Shown here piece after piece: positions 25,741 to 38,250 of a DNA stretch of 64,000 nt (positions are counted from its first letter, which is position 1; each line of letters starts with the position of its first letter). A program made the translations under genes and the position numbers. The stretch comes from Octopus sinensis (taxonomy: Eukaryota). The notes beneath the pieces are model-generated. The model worked only from the letters and a program-made list of their open reading frames with translations. It did no database searches and was not told the origin of the DNA. The stretch spans positions 96,162,001 to 96,226,000 of the forward strand of contig NC_043003.1 in NCBI RefSeq assembly GCF_006345805.1, read 5' to 3'.

Positions 25741-25958
25741 TTTGAAGTAAGTGCGACACCATGACAGGTACATACAAAAAGAACAAATTGGCATATTAAT
25801 ATTATTGATGCTGGTTCTGACTTAACATTCAGCAGAGATTGCCTTTTCCTTTCATATTTATGAGCTCTATAAAATAAGAACCCAACAAGTACTTTTATAG
25901 GGTCAGTTGAGAATATTCTATTCTGCAAATGCATGAGCTTGTATCAGTGTAAATAACC

Positions 25959-26180
25959 TATTTCTTTACTACCCACAAGAGGCTAAACACAGAGAGGACA
26001 AACAAGGACAGACAAACGGATTAAGTTGATTATATCAACCCCAGTGCGTAACTGGTACTTATTTAATCAACCCTGAAAGGATGAAAGGCAAAGTCGACCT
26101 CGGCAGAATTTGAACTCAGAACGTAACGGCTGACGAAATACCACTGAGCATTTTGCCCGGCATGCTAATGATTCTGCCAG
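25959..26180 (-). mobile_element. tRNA-derived SINE with a Meta/Sauria-like central domain (copies ~45565-45770 minus, 56713-56925 plus, 62805-63000 plus)
   Basis: Head ctggcagaatc.ttagca, B box gagttcaaattc, domain ggtcgactttgcctttcatcctttc.gggt.gat.aaataagtaccag. The domain name is from memory. Confidence 0.75.
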
Positions 26181-26945
26181 TGTTATTAAACACGAGGGCA
26201 GATAATCCAACAATCTCATTCATGGATTACCAATGAGATAGTTGGATAATATCCTTAGTCTCAGCTGGTCATGCTTGGGAATCCAACTGAAAAATGTAAT
26301 CACAGTTACTTCTGATAGGACCTCTATGAAAAAGGCACCTGAGGACTTTATACCTCACCCTTCTGAATGGTGGGCAGAGAAAATGGATGGAAGGTTGGAA
26401 CAGAGGGCAGGTAATTGTGTTACTGAGTTGAAATATTCATTGGTTTACAACATTTAATTTGATATCTTCAATGCTTTTCACCTCTGTAGAGTCTGCAAAC
26501 ACTTGTACCAGTAATATACTGAGATAAAAATGGTTAACCGTTTCTTAATTTAAAATCTGGTTTTACAATATAGAGATAAATCAATATTTACTTTACTGTG
26601 TGAATTCTCTTTTACTGTCTCACAGAACTCTTTCACCTAAGAACTATCATTGATCCATATTTCATGCAGTAACCACTGTTACTTATATCTGGTTGCATTT
26701 TCAACTAGCTTGCACTTAATGCAGCTGTTAGGTTCTTGTGAGAGCAATAGATTATTCTCAGCTCATGCATTCCATATATATTTTAATTTTTTGTCTTTGC
26801 TAATGCTATTGGTTGCATGAAATAAGCATCTCTAAAGTTTGATTTCAAACCAATCTCTGGTAGCAAAATTGCAGAGTGTGTAGATTATTGAGTTCGATTT
26901 CACTAAAGGGATTTTATTATATATTTGTTAAGTACACAGCATGTG

Positions 26946-27058
26946 ATGCCATGTAAAAGCACCTGTGCAGTGTTACGTAAAAGTGCCTGTGCAGTGCCAT
27001 GTAAAAGCACCTATGCAGTGTTACGTAAAAGTGCCTGTGCAGTGCCATGTAAAAGCAT
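26946..27058. repeat. Minisatellite of alternating 21-nt units (42-nt higher-order period)
   Basis: tgccatgtaaaagcacctgtgcag alternates with tgttacgtaaaagtgcctgtgcag inside the SINE-like repeat. Confidence 0.85.
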
Positions 27059-29015
27059 CCAGCACACTCTGTCAAGTGGTTGGCATTAGGAAGATCATCC
27101 AGCTGTAGAAACAATGCCAAATCAGACTGGAATCTGGTGCAGCTCCCCGGCTTGCCAGCTCTGATCAAACCGTCCAACCCATGCCAGCTTGGACAATGGA
27201 CATTAAATGATGGTGGTGATGACATGATTCCTATACTCCTTAGTTCATCTTTCTAATGTGGATGTTAATTTGGGATAGATTAGCATCTCTTCCACAGGAA
27301 AGCAATAGTAAGCACTGGTATTAAGGAATCTTTTATGGTTCAACACTTTTGTTACCATATTTTTATTGAAATACATTAATTTTGTTTTATTAATTTTGAA
27401 AATAATGAAGAATTTAGTAAAACTTAGTAGTATTTATTAAGTTCAAGTTTGGAATATAAATTACCATGAACTTTTGATGTAAGGTTTAATTTGGATGACT
27501 TCAAAACTGGAAATTTTTAACATTGAAACTAAGGGTGGTCTCAGGCAGTTTGGTATCAAAAGAGTTAGGAGATATTTATATTTTACCACCTTACTCCAGT
27601 TGGGGTGAGAGTTTGTGTTAGTCTGCCATATGCCTCATAGTCATGGCAGATGAGGAAGTATTTCATGTAGAGGGGAATTGACTGGGACATTGCTTGGAGG
27701 ACCTCCCAGGACAACCTGAGCAGATACTGGAAAATGGTGGATACAGCAACATGCTGCAATGGTGACCTGAACTGATCTAACTCTACCTTGTGTGAACTTC
27801 TACTGTATTTGTTGTCTATTCATTGTTGGACTACATGAGCACTCTGTGGGATGACGTCAGCAGCTGGGTGCGTTGACTGGAAGCTGGGGCATCCGGAAGG
27901 GGAAGCTGTCAGGCGTGTGCAGGCAACGGTCAATTCGATCTTTTCAACGTGGGTCGTCACGGTGTCAAGATGTGTGAAGACGTCGCTAAGGTTTGGGTGA
28001 GCAGCTGCTATCTTTAGTGTTCGGGTTGGGGCTGTGTCGAAGGATTAGTTACCACTGAAGGGTCTCCATCACGAGGAAGAGAAGCTAGGTGCCTTTATAT
28101 TCGAATTGCGCACACACCACACACTCTTCCTAGGTACTGGCAGTCATTTCTCTATTAATAACTTACCTTCAGTTACCTATCTTCAGTTTCCTCTTACAAT
28201 TTATTTATCCTCCAACCCTGTTAGCCAGTTCATCAGTCTTTGATGAAGGATTCTACATGAAATGCTAGTATTTCTATCTTCCTGGTGGTATAAAACTTAA
28301 TCATTCCACTATTTGAAGTCTTTGTATTATCATTTGCTGATACAGAGCATCACTAAGTTTCTTCAGATTTTATTGTTTTACTATTTTCAGTTCAATTGGT
28401 CAAAATAACAGGCTCCTTTAGATTACATGCTGGTCATGTATGTGTGAGTTCCTTTATCTCACGAAGCAATCACTGAACTTGTTTAGACACAGGTCAACTA
28501 TTGCTTTCAGTTGGTAGTCTTCTAGAAATTTCAAGATATGTCTATCAGTAGTTTCCTCAGATTTCAGGTTTTACCTATTTTCAGCAATATTTAAAATCTT
28601 TTCTTTTCAGTTCATATATACTTCCGAAATGTGTAAATGATAATACAGAAGCCTTTTTTTTTAAACCCCCTTATAACCAATATTGTTTTTTGGGGGTAGA
28701 CGTTATATTGATTGACTATTGAACTAGGATCAAGTGAAATGTTGACTATTGAATTACTGTTTTGTAGTAACCTTGCGTTTAAATTTATTGCATATTGTTA
28801 GTTGTGTATTCAAGCAGTATTCTTAATTCTACATGTGTCAGTTTTCTTAGCAATCTGGAATAAGCACTAGATGTCTTGATAATATTACAGTGATAGAATT
28901 GTAATTTATCCTGCAATTTATCTAACATTCCCTTAACCTTTTGAAACCAGCTCAAAACATTTATATGTGTATCATATATATATATATATATATATATATC
29001 TGTCTATCTATCTAT

Positions 29016-29058
<43 letters not shown>

Positions 29059-29220
29059 TATATATGTATGTATCCATCTACCCATCCATCCCTGGCAACT
29101 GATTCAGGCATTATTGTTGGCAAGAACTCAGTATTTCATTTTGCAACTATAGACATTTGTGTGTATGTGTGTGAGAGAGTATGTGTGCGTGTGGTTGTGT
29201 GGGTGGTTGTGTGTGTATAT

Positions 29221-29706
29221 ATTCAATAATGAATTAAAAGCAGCATTAGTGTTGCATACATTATTGATTGCATATAACCAATGTAAGTGTTTTGTTTGTT
29301 CACCAGTTCGTTGCAGTATAGTGCTTGGGGACGACTCCCTCAACATGCTGGGTGTTAAAACACCTGAAAGTCATAGACAAGTGAAATAACTTACCTCCAA
29401 TCAAACTCAGGAATGATGAATACCAATATTTTGCCACCTTTGCGGCTTACCAACATCACTTACCTGAATCAAACTGGGGACGAACTGGATTGCCAGTAGT
29501 CTATGACTATAGACAAATAGTGTAAGAGCCATTTGCTGATGTGCCATGATGATGCACATGCAAGATTAAATTCAATAATGAATTAAAGCAGTGCTAGTGT
29601 TGTAAACATTATCAATTGCACATACTCAGTGTATGTATTTTGTTTGTTTGCTGGATTCACTATGATATAGCATTTAAAGGTGACTCTCTCAACATGCTGG
29701 GTGTTC
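29221..29706 (+). repeat. Partial tandem repeat, ~349-bp period (1.4 units)
   Basis: attcaataatgaattaaa...ctcaacatgctgggtgtt at 29221-29356 and 29570-29705. Confidence 0.8.
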
Positions 29707-29714
29707 TATCTCTT

Positions 29715-30410
29715 ACAATTACTGGTTGTTCCTTTCGTTGGAGGCATTGTTTCCAAAATGGCCAACATAGGAAGGAATTACAACCGTGTTTCGTGGTCTG
29801 CTGCCACAACAGCTCCTTTATAGGATCCAGCTAGCTCAAGACATCATCAGGAGGAACCACGTCCGGTTTCGGCCCCTACTCCTCTACCGTTTTGACGTGG
29901 CGGGGCCCCCTTCCTTTCGGAGGTGTCTTCAGCTCTGGTGTTGAGTGCATGTCTTCTTTCTTCTTCTTTCTTCTGTTCCCTGGCCTCTTCGATGTATCGC
30001 CAGCTAGTGTCACCTGGTGACTGACTGTCTTGTCAAATTTTTCCCTTTAAATACCTGCCGCATAGGCTCCAGCAGGCAGCCCCAGCAAGTTGTCACGTGA
30101 CACTGTCTCACCTTAACTGACTAGTGAAGGCGTGTAGTTTTAGCCCAGGCTTTTTCTAAACGACCGTCACCTGTCAGTAAGCGAAGCTAATTCAGTGTCA
30201 GCTTTTCTCACCTAGTGATGTTATTTCCTGTCGGCGTGTTTATGACTTTCAAGCCATTTTCGGTCTTCCCGCTTCAGCCATATATAGAAGCTGGCTTTTT
30301 CGACTGCCTCCTGTACTCTCCTTATTAGTTTACACAGCTCGGGGCTAGAAAAACAAATCTTCTTTTGAAAAGCGTTGTCATTTTCTTTTCAATGAAGCCT
30401 CTAGCCCCCC
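29715..30410 (-). mobile_element. 5'-truncated HERO/NeSL-like non-LTR retrotransposon (restriction-like endonuclease C-terminus plus 3' UTR)
   Basis: Minus strand GARGFIEKK...RVQEAVEKASFYIWLKREDRKWLE matches the (EVGC)RGF...AEKASxWLWLKR pattern. GC- and CpG-rich relative to the host. Confidence 0.7.
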
Positions 30411-32249
30411 TAACATATTTATTATTAAGCGTTCACTTTTCCTATGTAACTAACATTTTAGGGTAGTCATCATTGTCATCGTTTAATGTCTGCCTTCAAT
30501 GCTGGCGTGAGTTGAATGGTTTGACAGGAGCTGGCCAGGCAGAAGATTGCACCATACTTCTCCGTCAGTTTTGGCATGGTTTTTACAACTGGATGCCCTT
30601 CCAAACACCAACTACTTTATACTGTGACTGGATGCTTTTTAAGTGGCACCTGCAATGGCAGTGTCATAATGTCTATTATCTTGCCTCAGAATAATTAGAA
30701 AATATTATGTTAATATTCATCTTAATCATATCAGTTACATTTACTGTCTGCCTCTTTGTTGAAAATACTTTTATACCCTATTATCAAACTTTCATCATCA
30801 TCATCATCATCATCGTTTAGCATCCGCTTTCCATGCTAGCATGGTTTGGACGGTTCAACTGGTGTCTGGGAAGCCAGAAGGCTGCACCAGGCCCAGTCTG
30901 ATCTGGCAATGTTTCTATGGCTGGATGCCCTTCCTAATGCCAACCACTCCGTGAGTGTAGTGGGTGCTTTTTATGTGCCACCGGCACAGGTGCCAGACGA
31001 GGCTGGCAAACAGCCACGATTGGATGGTGCTTTTTACGTGCCACTGGCACGGGGGCCAGGCGAGGCTGGCTTAAGAATGTATATTGTAATGATGCAGATT
31101 AATCATAATCTTAATGGCTATTTTTCCATGCTAGTATGGGTTAGTTGGACAGAATTTATTGAGGCAATTTTCTACAATCAGACACCATTCTTGATACTAA
31201 CCCTCACCACTTTCCAAATGAGGTGATATTTCCCCATGGCAATGTTAAGACAAGGACATACCCACACCTACACCTATGCACACATATATATACTGATATG
31301 AGGCATTATTTGATATTAATGAGTATGCTTGGAAAAGACTAAATTAGATATCTTGAAATTGTTTTACATCTATATTTGCTATTCTAACATTGCTTAGCTA
31401 ATGAAAGCAGCTAAGAGAGAATTAAATAGATTTGTCTGGCTATGCACTACCTTATTGTTTAAGATTATATTTCATTATGCAATTTCAGCTCTTGATATTT
31501 ACGTATTTAGGCCAGTTGGCTATCATGTTAACTTTAAAACCTCCTATTTTTAAATCTTTCCTAAATATATTTAAAATCAATAATGTCAGAAAGCAGAAGA
31601 CACGTTATTAACCTCAGTTTTAAAAGTGAGAGATTTATGAAAATTTATGGATAAGAAACTTGTGTATTGCATATATATATTTTCCAGAATATTTGGTACC
31701 TGTTGTTTATGTCTTGGTAAATTTAGATGGAAGAATAAAATTCTCAGCTCAAAGGAACAATAAAATATCTGCAGCATATACAAGTATGATATACAATAAA
31801 ATATCTGCAGCATATACAAGATATGATACACAGCATATCAAATGATGACTGTTCTTTGCCCACAGCCCGATTTTTTTTTTTTCCACAGAAAGTCATTTCT
31901 CACTGAATATTTGTTGCATCTTAATGCATCATCAAAAATTGGCCAATTCAACTCTTAAATGGCCCAGATCAGTTTGTGTTATATGTGCAAGACTTATTTC
32001 TAAAATAAATCAACTGCACTGTATTATACGACTGTTCTGTATATTTGCAATATAGAGTTTCAAATCCTAGTTGACAGTGAAAATTTTCACCTGGTTGATG
32101 CTTTAGTTACACTATACAGAGACATTTTACTGTGGGTTACCGTTACATTTCTGTGGGTTACCGTTACAATATTTTACAGAAATATTTTACTATGGGTTAC
32201 CGTTACATTTCTTACTCTTAAATGATTATTATTTTGTTTTCTTTTCCAG

Positions 32250-32391
32250 GTCATTTTGATGGTCGTGCATTGCCTTCAGCTGGACTATTACCTTTTGTTC
32301 AGACATATGTGTGTACAATAAGCAATAATTGCCATAAGAACATTACTTCTGGAGAATTACCTGGTATCATTGACAACTTTAATCAGTCAAC
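32250..32391 (+). CDS. ABCA1: ABCA1-like coding exon 3 (CHFDGRALPSAGLLPFVQTYVCTISNNCHKNITSGELPGIIDNFNQS)
   Basis: cttttccag acceptor, GTAAGC donor, 142 nt, phase 1 to 2. Close match to ABCA1 [28 protein letters not shown]...GEAPGVVGNFNKS. Confidence 0.97.
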
Positions 32392-32444
32392 GTAAGCATG
32401 AAACCTAATTGTTATCTTTATTTCGAAATGAAATATTGTATATG

Positions 32445-32489
32445 GTTTGTGTGTGTGTGTATAGTTATATGCATATATATATGCATATC

Positions 32490-32535
<46 letters not shown>

Positions 32536-32740
32536 TATCTATGTATATATACATAGATACGCATATATATATATGCATATATATGTGTGTGTGTATATCT
32601 ATGTATATTTAATATATATATATATATATGTGCATATCTATGCATATATATGTGTGTGTGTGTATATATATATATATGTGTGTATATATATGTATATGTG
32701 TGTATATATATATATGTGTATGTGTATATATGTCTGCGTG
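32445..32740. repeat. (TA)n/(TG)n compound microsatellite
   Basis: Direct inspection. Confidence 0.95.
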
Positions 32741-32774
32741 TCTGCAGAATGTGAATAGTTTGGTAAGTAACGCA

Positions 32775-33450
32775 TAGCTTCTTAACAGCTCTTACTTTTG
32801 CTTCAAAATGTCTTAGCTGAAAAAGGGTCACACTTGGGTAGGGATGTGATTTCTTATCTTTGAAAATGTTCATAAAAATGGCTACAGTTGAAATTTCTTT
32901 TATATTTACAATATAGATAATAATTAAAAAAATTTTTTTTTTAATTTCATCTATCTGGATATAATAGAGTTGAAAAATTACGTGAATATTAACCCTTTGA
33001 TCCCTGACCTCCTTGGTGCTATGTAATCCTGTACATGGGCTCTTGAGCCATTTGTGCCTGGTTCTGACATTGATTAGAAGCAAGGCTGTCATAATGGGGT
33101 TTTCCCAAAATTTATCATTCAGAAATATATTTACAAACTCACCATTTATGCTGTCTGGAATGTTTTTGGGCCCACAATTTGAAGCATCAACTGGACCTGT
33201 GCTGATGGTGTCTGAATTGTCTTTGCTGGCATTCAATTTTCTAGTGCTATACCCACTTTTCACACCAAGGTTTCGTTAATCTGAATCATTTTTACTATCA
33301 CTCCCTTCACTTACTTCACTATACCTGTCATTGTCAGAAGCAGATTCCAAGTCCCTATCTGGGTAATCCACATCATTTTCAGTGATTAATTACTGAATTT
33401 ATCCAATATGTCAAATGCTTGACTGGCAATTTATAGCTTCTGGCTCTTAC
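32775..33450 (-). mobile_element. Possible piggyBac-like transposase N-terminal remnant
   Basis: An acidic Ser/Asp stretch followed by GPKNIPDSI..FVNIFLNDKFWE resembles PGBD N-termini. No catalytic motif visible. Confidence 0.35.
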
Positions 33451-33937
33451 ATTTTGATCCTCATGACCCAGGCTCATTTTCACACATCAGAGCTTGTTCT
33501 GTTGTCAAATTTCTCCCTATTTTTACAAGAACATGCTGCCAGAACAATTGGACTAGGTACAGATATTTTGTCTTACTTTTGGATATAACAAACGTCTTGA
33601 TTTGTTGATTAAAAGAGAGAGCCAGAACACAAATAATCAAAAGAGAACCAGAACACACTTAATGAAACACATGCTGCACTCAGTGACACCATACTGCTTT
33701 ATTGGTGCTACTGCCTGTGCATGCCTAGTATTGCCATTGATATATCAGTGTTATGAACTCTAAGGATGATAGTTGAAGAATGAGGTTTGAAGGATGTACA
33801 CACATAATACAAATGGGAGTGACATGCACAAAAAATTTTTAAACTAATTGATGACAAAAAATAAAAGAGAGTTTAAGATTATTGTATTTTTTGTTGCTTA
33901 AAGCTTTATTAAAAAGGTTTACTGGTTTTACGGACAG

Positions 33938-34071
33938 GTTAACCAAAATTGTAAAGGATGTGCAAATTATCATAAAAAATTCAAGTTACCAGGAAATGTT
34001 TTTAAGATCACTAGAAACCTACCGAATTCTGGAAGGTTTGTATCATCTTCTTGAAGATGGAAACGTTCAAG
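33938..34071 (+). CDS. ABCA1: ABCA1-like coding exon 4 (TLTKIVKDVQIIIKNSSYQEMFLRSLETYRILEGLYHLLEDGNVQ)
   Basis: Open frame, phase 2 to 1 as needed to join neighbouring exons, AG|GTATGT donor. Acceptor (ttttacggacag) is weak. Weak similarity to ABCA1 VARLFSDARRLL. Confidence 0.8.
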
Positions 34072-34479
34072 GTATGTGATATTGTAATAATAGTACATTA
34101 ACGTCTTTCAACATTGTTGAACCCTGTAGCATTTAGTTCAAACTGACCAAATCTGGCCTCTTATGCCTACCCTACAATGCTATTTTAAACATAAGTAATT
34201 ATGTCATTGAAATATTGAAGCTGCAAGATTATTGATTAATTCAAAATCATGTCAATAAATATGATGTTTGATGAAGCAATCTGAATGCTGCAGGGTTAAA
34301 CAATGTAACGTTTGGTATTTGTTATATTTGTAACATTTTAATGTTATCACCTTGATGTTTTTACACATTGTTAATGAAAATCTCTCTTCCTCTCTCTCTC
34401 TCTCTTTCCCCTCACCCTCTGCATTGAGGCAAATATTCTCACTGTTTGTGGTAAAAGTGACACTGTCTTCATTCCTTGC

Positions 34480-35750
34480 ATACCATTCCAATTTAAGCTG
34501 TTACAGTTTCCTATCCCAATTTCTTTTGCCATGAGCATTAATAAAACTCAGAGCCAAACACTAAAAGTTGCTGGGTTGCAACTTGAAAAACCATGTTTTT
34601 ACATGGCCCACTTTATATAGGAGCATCATGTGTGGAAGCAAAAGCAAATCTTTTTGCTTGTGCACCCCAAAATAAAACAAAAAAAAAAACATTGTTTATA
34701 AAGAAATATTCTCTTTTAATGCAACATGAATACTTCAGTAACTTAATGTGTATGACATTGATCTTTTTTTTCTATTTCAATTATTACGTTTTCTCTTATA
34801 AATTGCACACATACAGGAGGAGTAAATCTAAATCTGTAGGAATAATCTCACCTTGGTTCAGATTCAAAACTGAATCTTTCAATTCTCCTTGGCCATACAG
34901 CCTATTCAAATGTCAAAAGAAACCATGACAAATGGGTGTTCTACTTGACCTGTGGCCTTTTCAGTGCCATCGCACTGCCACCTGCATTCCGTTAAGCTAT
35001 TCTTCTATATGATATAGCTATTTTTCTACCTTCATTCACATTCAAACCGAATCTTTCAATTCTCCTTCTTCAATTATTACATGTTTTTAAGAACCATGCT
35101 TTTCACATGGTCAGCTTTATGTGGGAATATCATGTGTAGGAGCAAAAACAAATCTTTTTTGCTTATGCGCCATGAAATAAAACAAAAAACATTGTTTATA
35201 AAGAAATATTCACTCTTAATACAACATGAATACTTCAATAACTTAATTTGCTATTACTATCATTACATTCAAGAATGACTAAATTGCCTATTTAAATGAA
35301 CTGCATTATATAATTGCCATTACTGTATTGATAAATAAAATGACGCATACAACTCATTTATTATTGTCATATAATAAACAAACAGAAATTCATATATGAA
35401 ATCCATCTTTTTCCTACTTCAATTATTACATGGTTTTCTCTTATAAAATATACAAATACAGGCAGAATAAATCTAAATCTGTAGTGGTAGTCTCACCCTG
35501 ATTCAGACTTGAAACTTTATGTAGGAGCATCACTTGTGGGAGCAAAACCAAATCTTTTTGTTTATGCAACCTGAAATAAAACAAAAAGCATTGTTTATAA
35601 AGAAATATTCACTCTTAATGCAACACGAATACTTCAATAACTTCATTTGCCATTACTATCATTACATTCAAGAATGAAATCGATCTTTTTTCTACTTCAA
35701 TTATAACATATTTTTCTCTTATAAAAATGCACACATACAGGAGGAATAAG
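34480..35750 (+). mobile_element. Helitron helicase C-terminal remnant with three tandem partial copies of the motif VI / 3' segment
   Basis: LQFPIPISFAMSINKTQSQTLKVAGLQLEKPCF/HGPLYIGAS..NLFACAPQNKT..IVYKE at 34500-34710, repeated at ~35090-35240 and ~35515-35660. Confidence 0.8.
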
Positions 35751-35764
35751 TTATATATATAAAA

Positions 35765-37200
35765 CTAGCAGAGATACCTGGCATTGCTCAGGAGTGAAAT
35801 GGCATATTTGTTTATTCTTATCTTTTACTTGTTTAAAACATTTGACTGTGGTGTTACTGGAGCATTGCCTGTAGTCGAATGAATTGACCCCAAGTACTCC
35901 TCGTTGTAAACAATGTTCCTTGTTTTTCCTTGTGGAGTGCATGCAAAGAGGTTTCTTTTGCTTCTCACTCTTGAGCAGCCAACATACAGTTGTCCATATG
36001 AGAAGCAGGGATCTTCCAAGAGAAGATCAGCCATAGAGAGGGTTTGACCTTGAGATTTGTTAATGGACGTGGCAAAACTGACACAAAGGGGAAATTGCAG
36101 TCTTCTGAATGTAAATGGAATTTCTGTTCCTGATGGAGTAAGAAGAATTCTTGGAATTAAGATGTCATCACCTTTTCTACACCCAGAAAGAATGATAGCC
36201 TCGATAACTTGTGACATCATTTTCTTTATCACCAGTTGTGTTCCATTGCAATGTCTTGGTGGTTCCAGGCTGCAGAGTAGCATTACAGGAGTTCCAACTT
36301 TAAGTGCTAATATGTGAGGAGGTAGTCCAGGAGGCTCCAACGAATTGAGAAATTTGGGAGGATAGTTCACCACTTCATTTTTATCTGGAATTGTATCAAC
36401 AGTCTTGTAAGTGTGAATAGTGCCAGGAAGAGAATGCATTAGCTGTTGATTTATTTTTTTAACAGCAATATTTTTTGGAGCTAATATTTCGCTTTCACAC
36501 AGCTAAATGTGATTTTGGTAGTTTTCTGTGAAGTTGGGAAAGACTTTGTGTTTGAGCTCATCCACAGAATTAACAACAGAGGAAAATAGCTATACTTCCA
36601 TTTCTCCTGCAGCATTGAGAAGCACCTTGCCATCACCAAGTGTCAAAACGTCCTGTGCAAACTTTGCAGACATTTGGTCGCCATGTAACTGAGCTCTCAT
36701 GTTGGTGGTAAGACTGAGGGTCATTACATGATGTCACAGGGTAGAGGACTTTAGGCATGCTTGGACCTCATCTGCTTTAGTGCCTTTCGGAATGACAGGA
36801 AGAGTTTGCCTGAAATCACCTGACAACTGAAGCATTACACCTCCCATTGGAGCCTGGCAGTCTCAGATGTCTTTCAGGGCTCTATCTAATGCTTCCAAAG
36901 CTCCCTTGTGAGCCACAGTGCACTCATCCCAGATGATTAGATGACACCTTTTAAGTACCTGCCCCTGATCTAAGCTTTTGCTGATGTTGCATGAAGGCAT
37001 TTTGGATGCTGCTAAATTGAAAGGGAGTTTAAAAGTCAAGTGTGCTGTCCTACCACAAGGTAACAAAGTAGCTGCAAACCCAGAGGAATCCACAGCTACT
37101 GCAATGTCCTGATACTGCGTAACTTCTGCAAAGAGAAGCTTCATAATAAATGTTTTTCCTGTCCCTCCAGGAGCATCCAGGAAGAAGACTCGTCCCTTGC
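35765..37200 (-). mobile_element. Helitron 3' part: pseudogenised PIF1-type helicase, subterminal hairpin and CTAG end
   Basis: Walker A LDAPGGTGKT, GRTAH, IIWDE, GDFRQTLPV, PPGLPPHILALKVG, CNGT, RLQFPL..INKSQGQT, GQLYVGCSRV, with stops and frameshifts. Hairpin at 35777-35792, CTAG at 35765-35768. Confidence 0.92.
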
Positions 37201-37764
37201 GTTGGTGTACACTGTTAAGAATAGTTCTGTAGGCCTGTAGCTGGTCCAGAAGTGCAATGTGTAATGTGTAATGTATGATAGAGTGTAAGCATCCTGAAAA
37301 AAAAGTTGGACATCAAATGTGGTGTTCAAGAGAGATGACTGCACTGGTATGGTCATGTGATGCATATGGATGAGGACAACTGTGTGAAAAAAGTGTCACA
37401 CTCTAATGGTAGAGGGAACCTGTGGAAGAAGTAGACCCAGGAAGACATGAGATTAGGTGGTGAAGCACGATCTTTGAACATTAGGCCTCACAAAGGCAAT
37501 GACAAATGACCAAGACCTTTGGATATATGCTGTGCTTAAGAAGACCGCCCAAGCCAAGTGAGATCATAGTCATGACCGATGCCAGTGTCATGTAACTGGC
37601 CCGTTAAAAGCACCCTTCAATCATTTGCAATATGCTGTGCTTATGAAGACCTGTCAAACCAAGTGAAATCATCATTATTATGCCACTATTAACCTGATTA
37701 TCCTCATTAAAGCCCTAATTCATAGTATCTACTCTTTTACTTGTTTCAGTCTGTTTGATACCAA

Positions 37765-38024
37765 TGTGTGTGTGTGTATATGCTCATGTATATGTATACA
37801 TACATCTGTTTATTTGCATATACATTTATGTATATGTACATATATATATATGTATATGTACATATATATATATGTATATATATATATGTATATATATATA
37901 TATAATATATATATATGTATGTATATATGTATGTATGTATATCTATGTGTGTATATATATGTATGTATGTATGTATATCTATGTGTGTATATATATATGT
38001 ATGTGTATGTATATGTGTCTATAT

Positions 38025-38071
<47 letters not shown>

Positions 38072-38180
38072 GTATGTATGTATATCTATGTGTGTATATA
38101 TATATGTATGTATGTATGTATATCTATGTGTGTATATATATATGTATGTGTATGTATAGTGTCTATATATATATATATAT

Positions 38181-38217
<37 letters not shown>

Positions 38218-38250
38218 CTATATATATTTATACATACATATATATATATA
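37765..38250. repeat. (TA)n/(TATG)n compound microsatellite
   Basis: Direct inspection. Confidence 0.95.

Noticed and set aside
26946-27058. CRISPR-like array
   Set aside because: No unique spacers, eukaryotic intron context and no cas genes. It is a minisatellite.
29765-29856. Hammerhead in the HERO-like 3' UTR (minus strand CTGATGA...GAAAC)
   Set aside because: Stem I cannot pair and stem II is out of register with GAAA.
32418-33263. Longest supplied ORF (281 aa) as a real gene
   Set aside because: It is a chimera of a decayed transposase-like piece, AT-rich sequence and microsatellite, antisense within an intron.
35825-36439. Functional host PIF1 helicase gene
   Set aside because: Intronless, broken by stops and frameshifts upstream, runs into a SINE tail and ends at a Helitron hairpin-CTAG.
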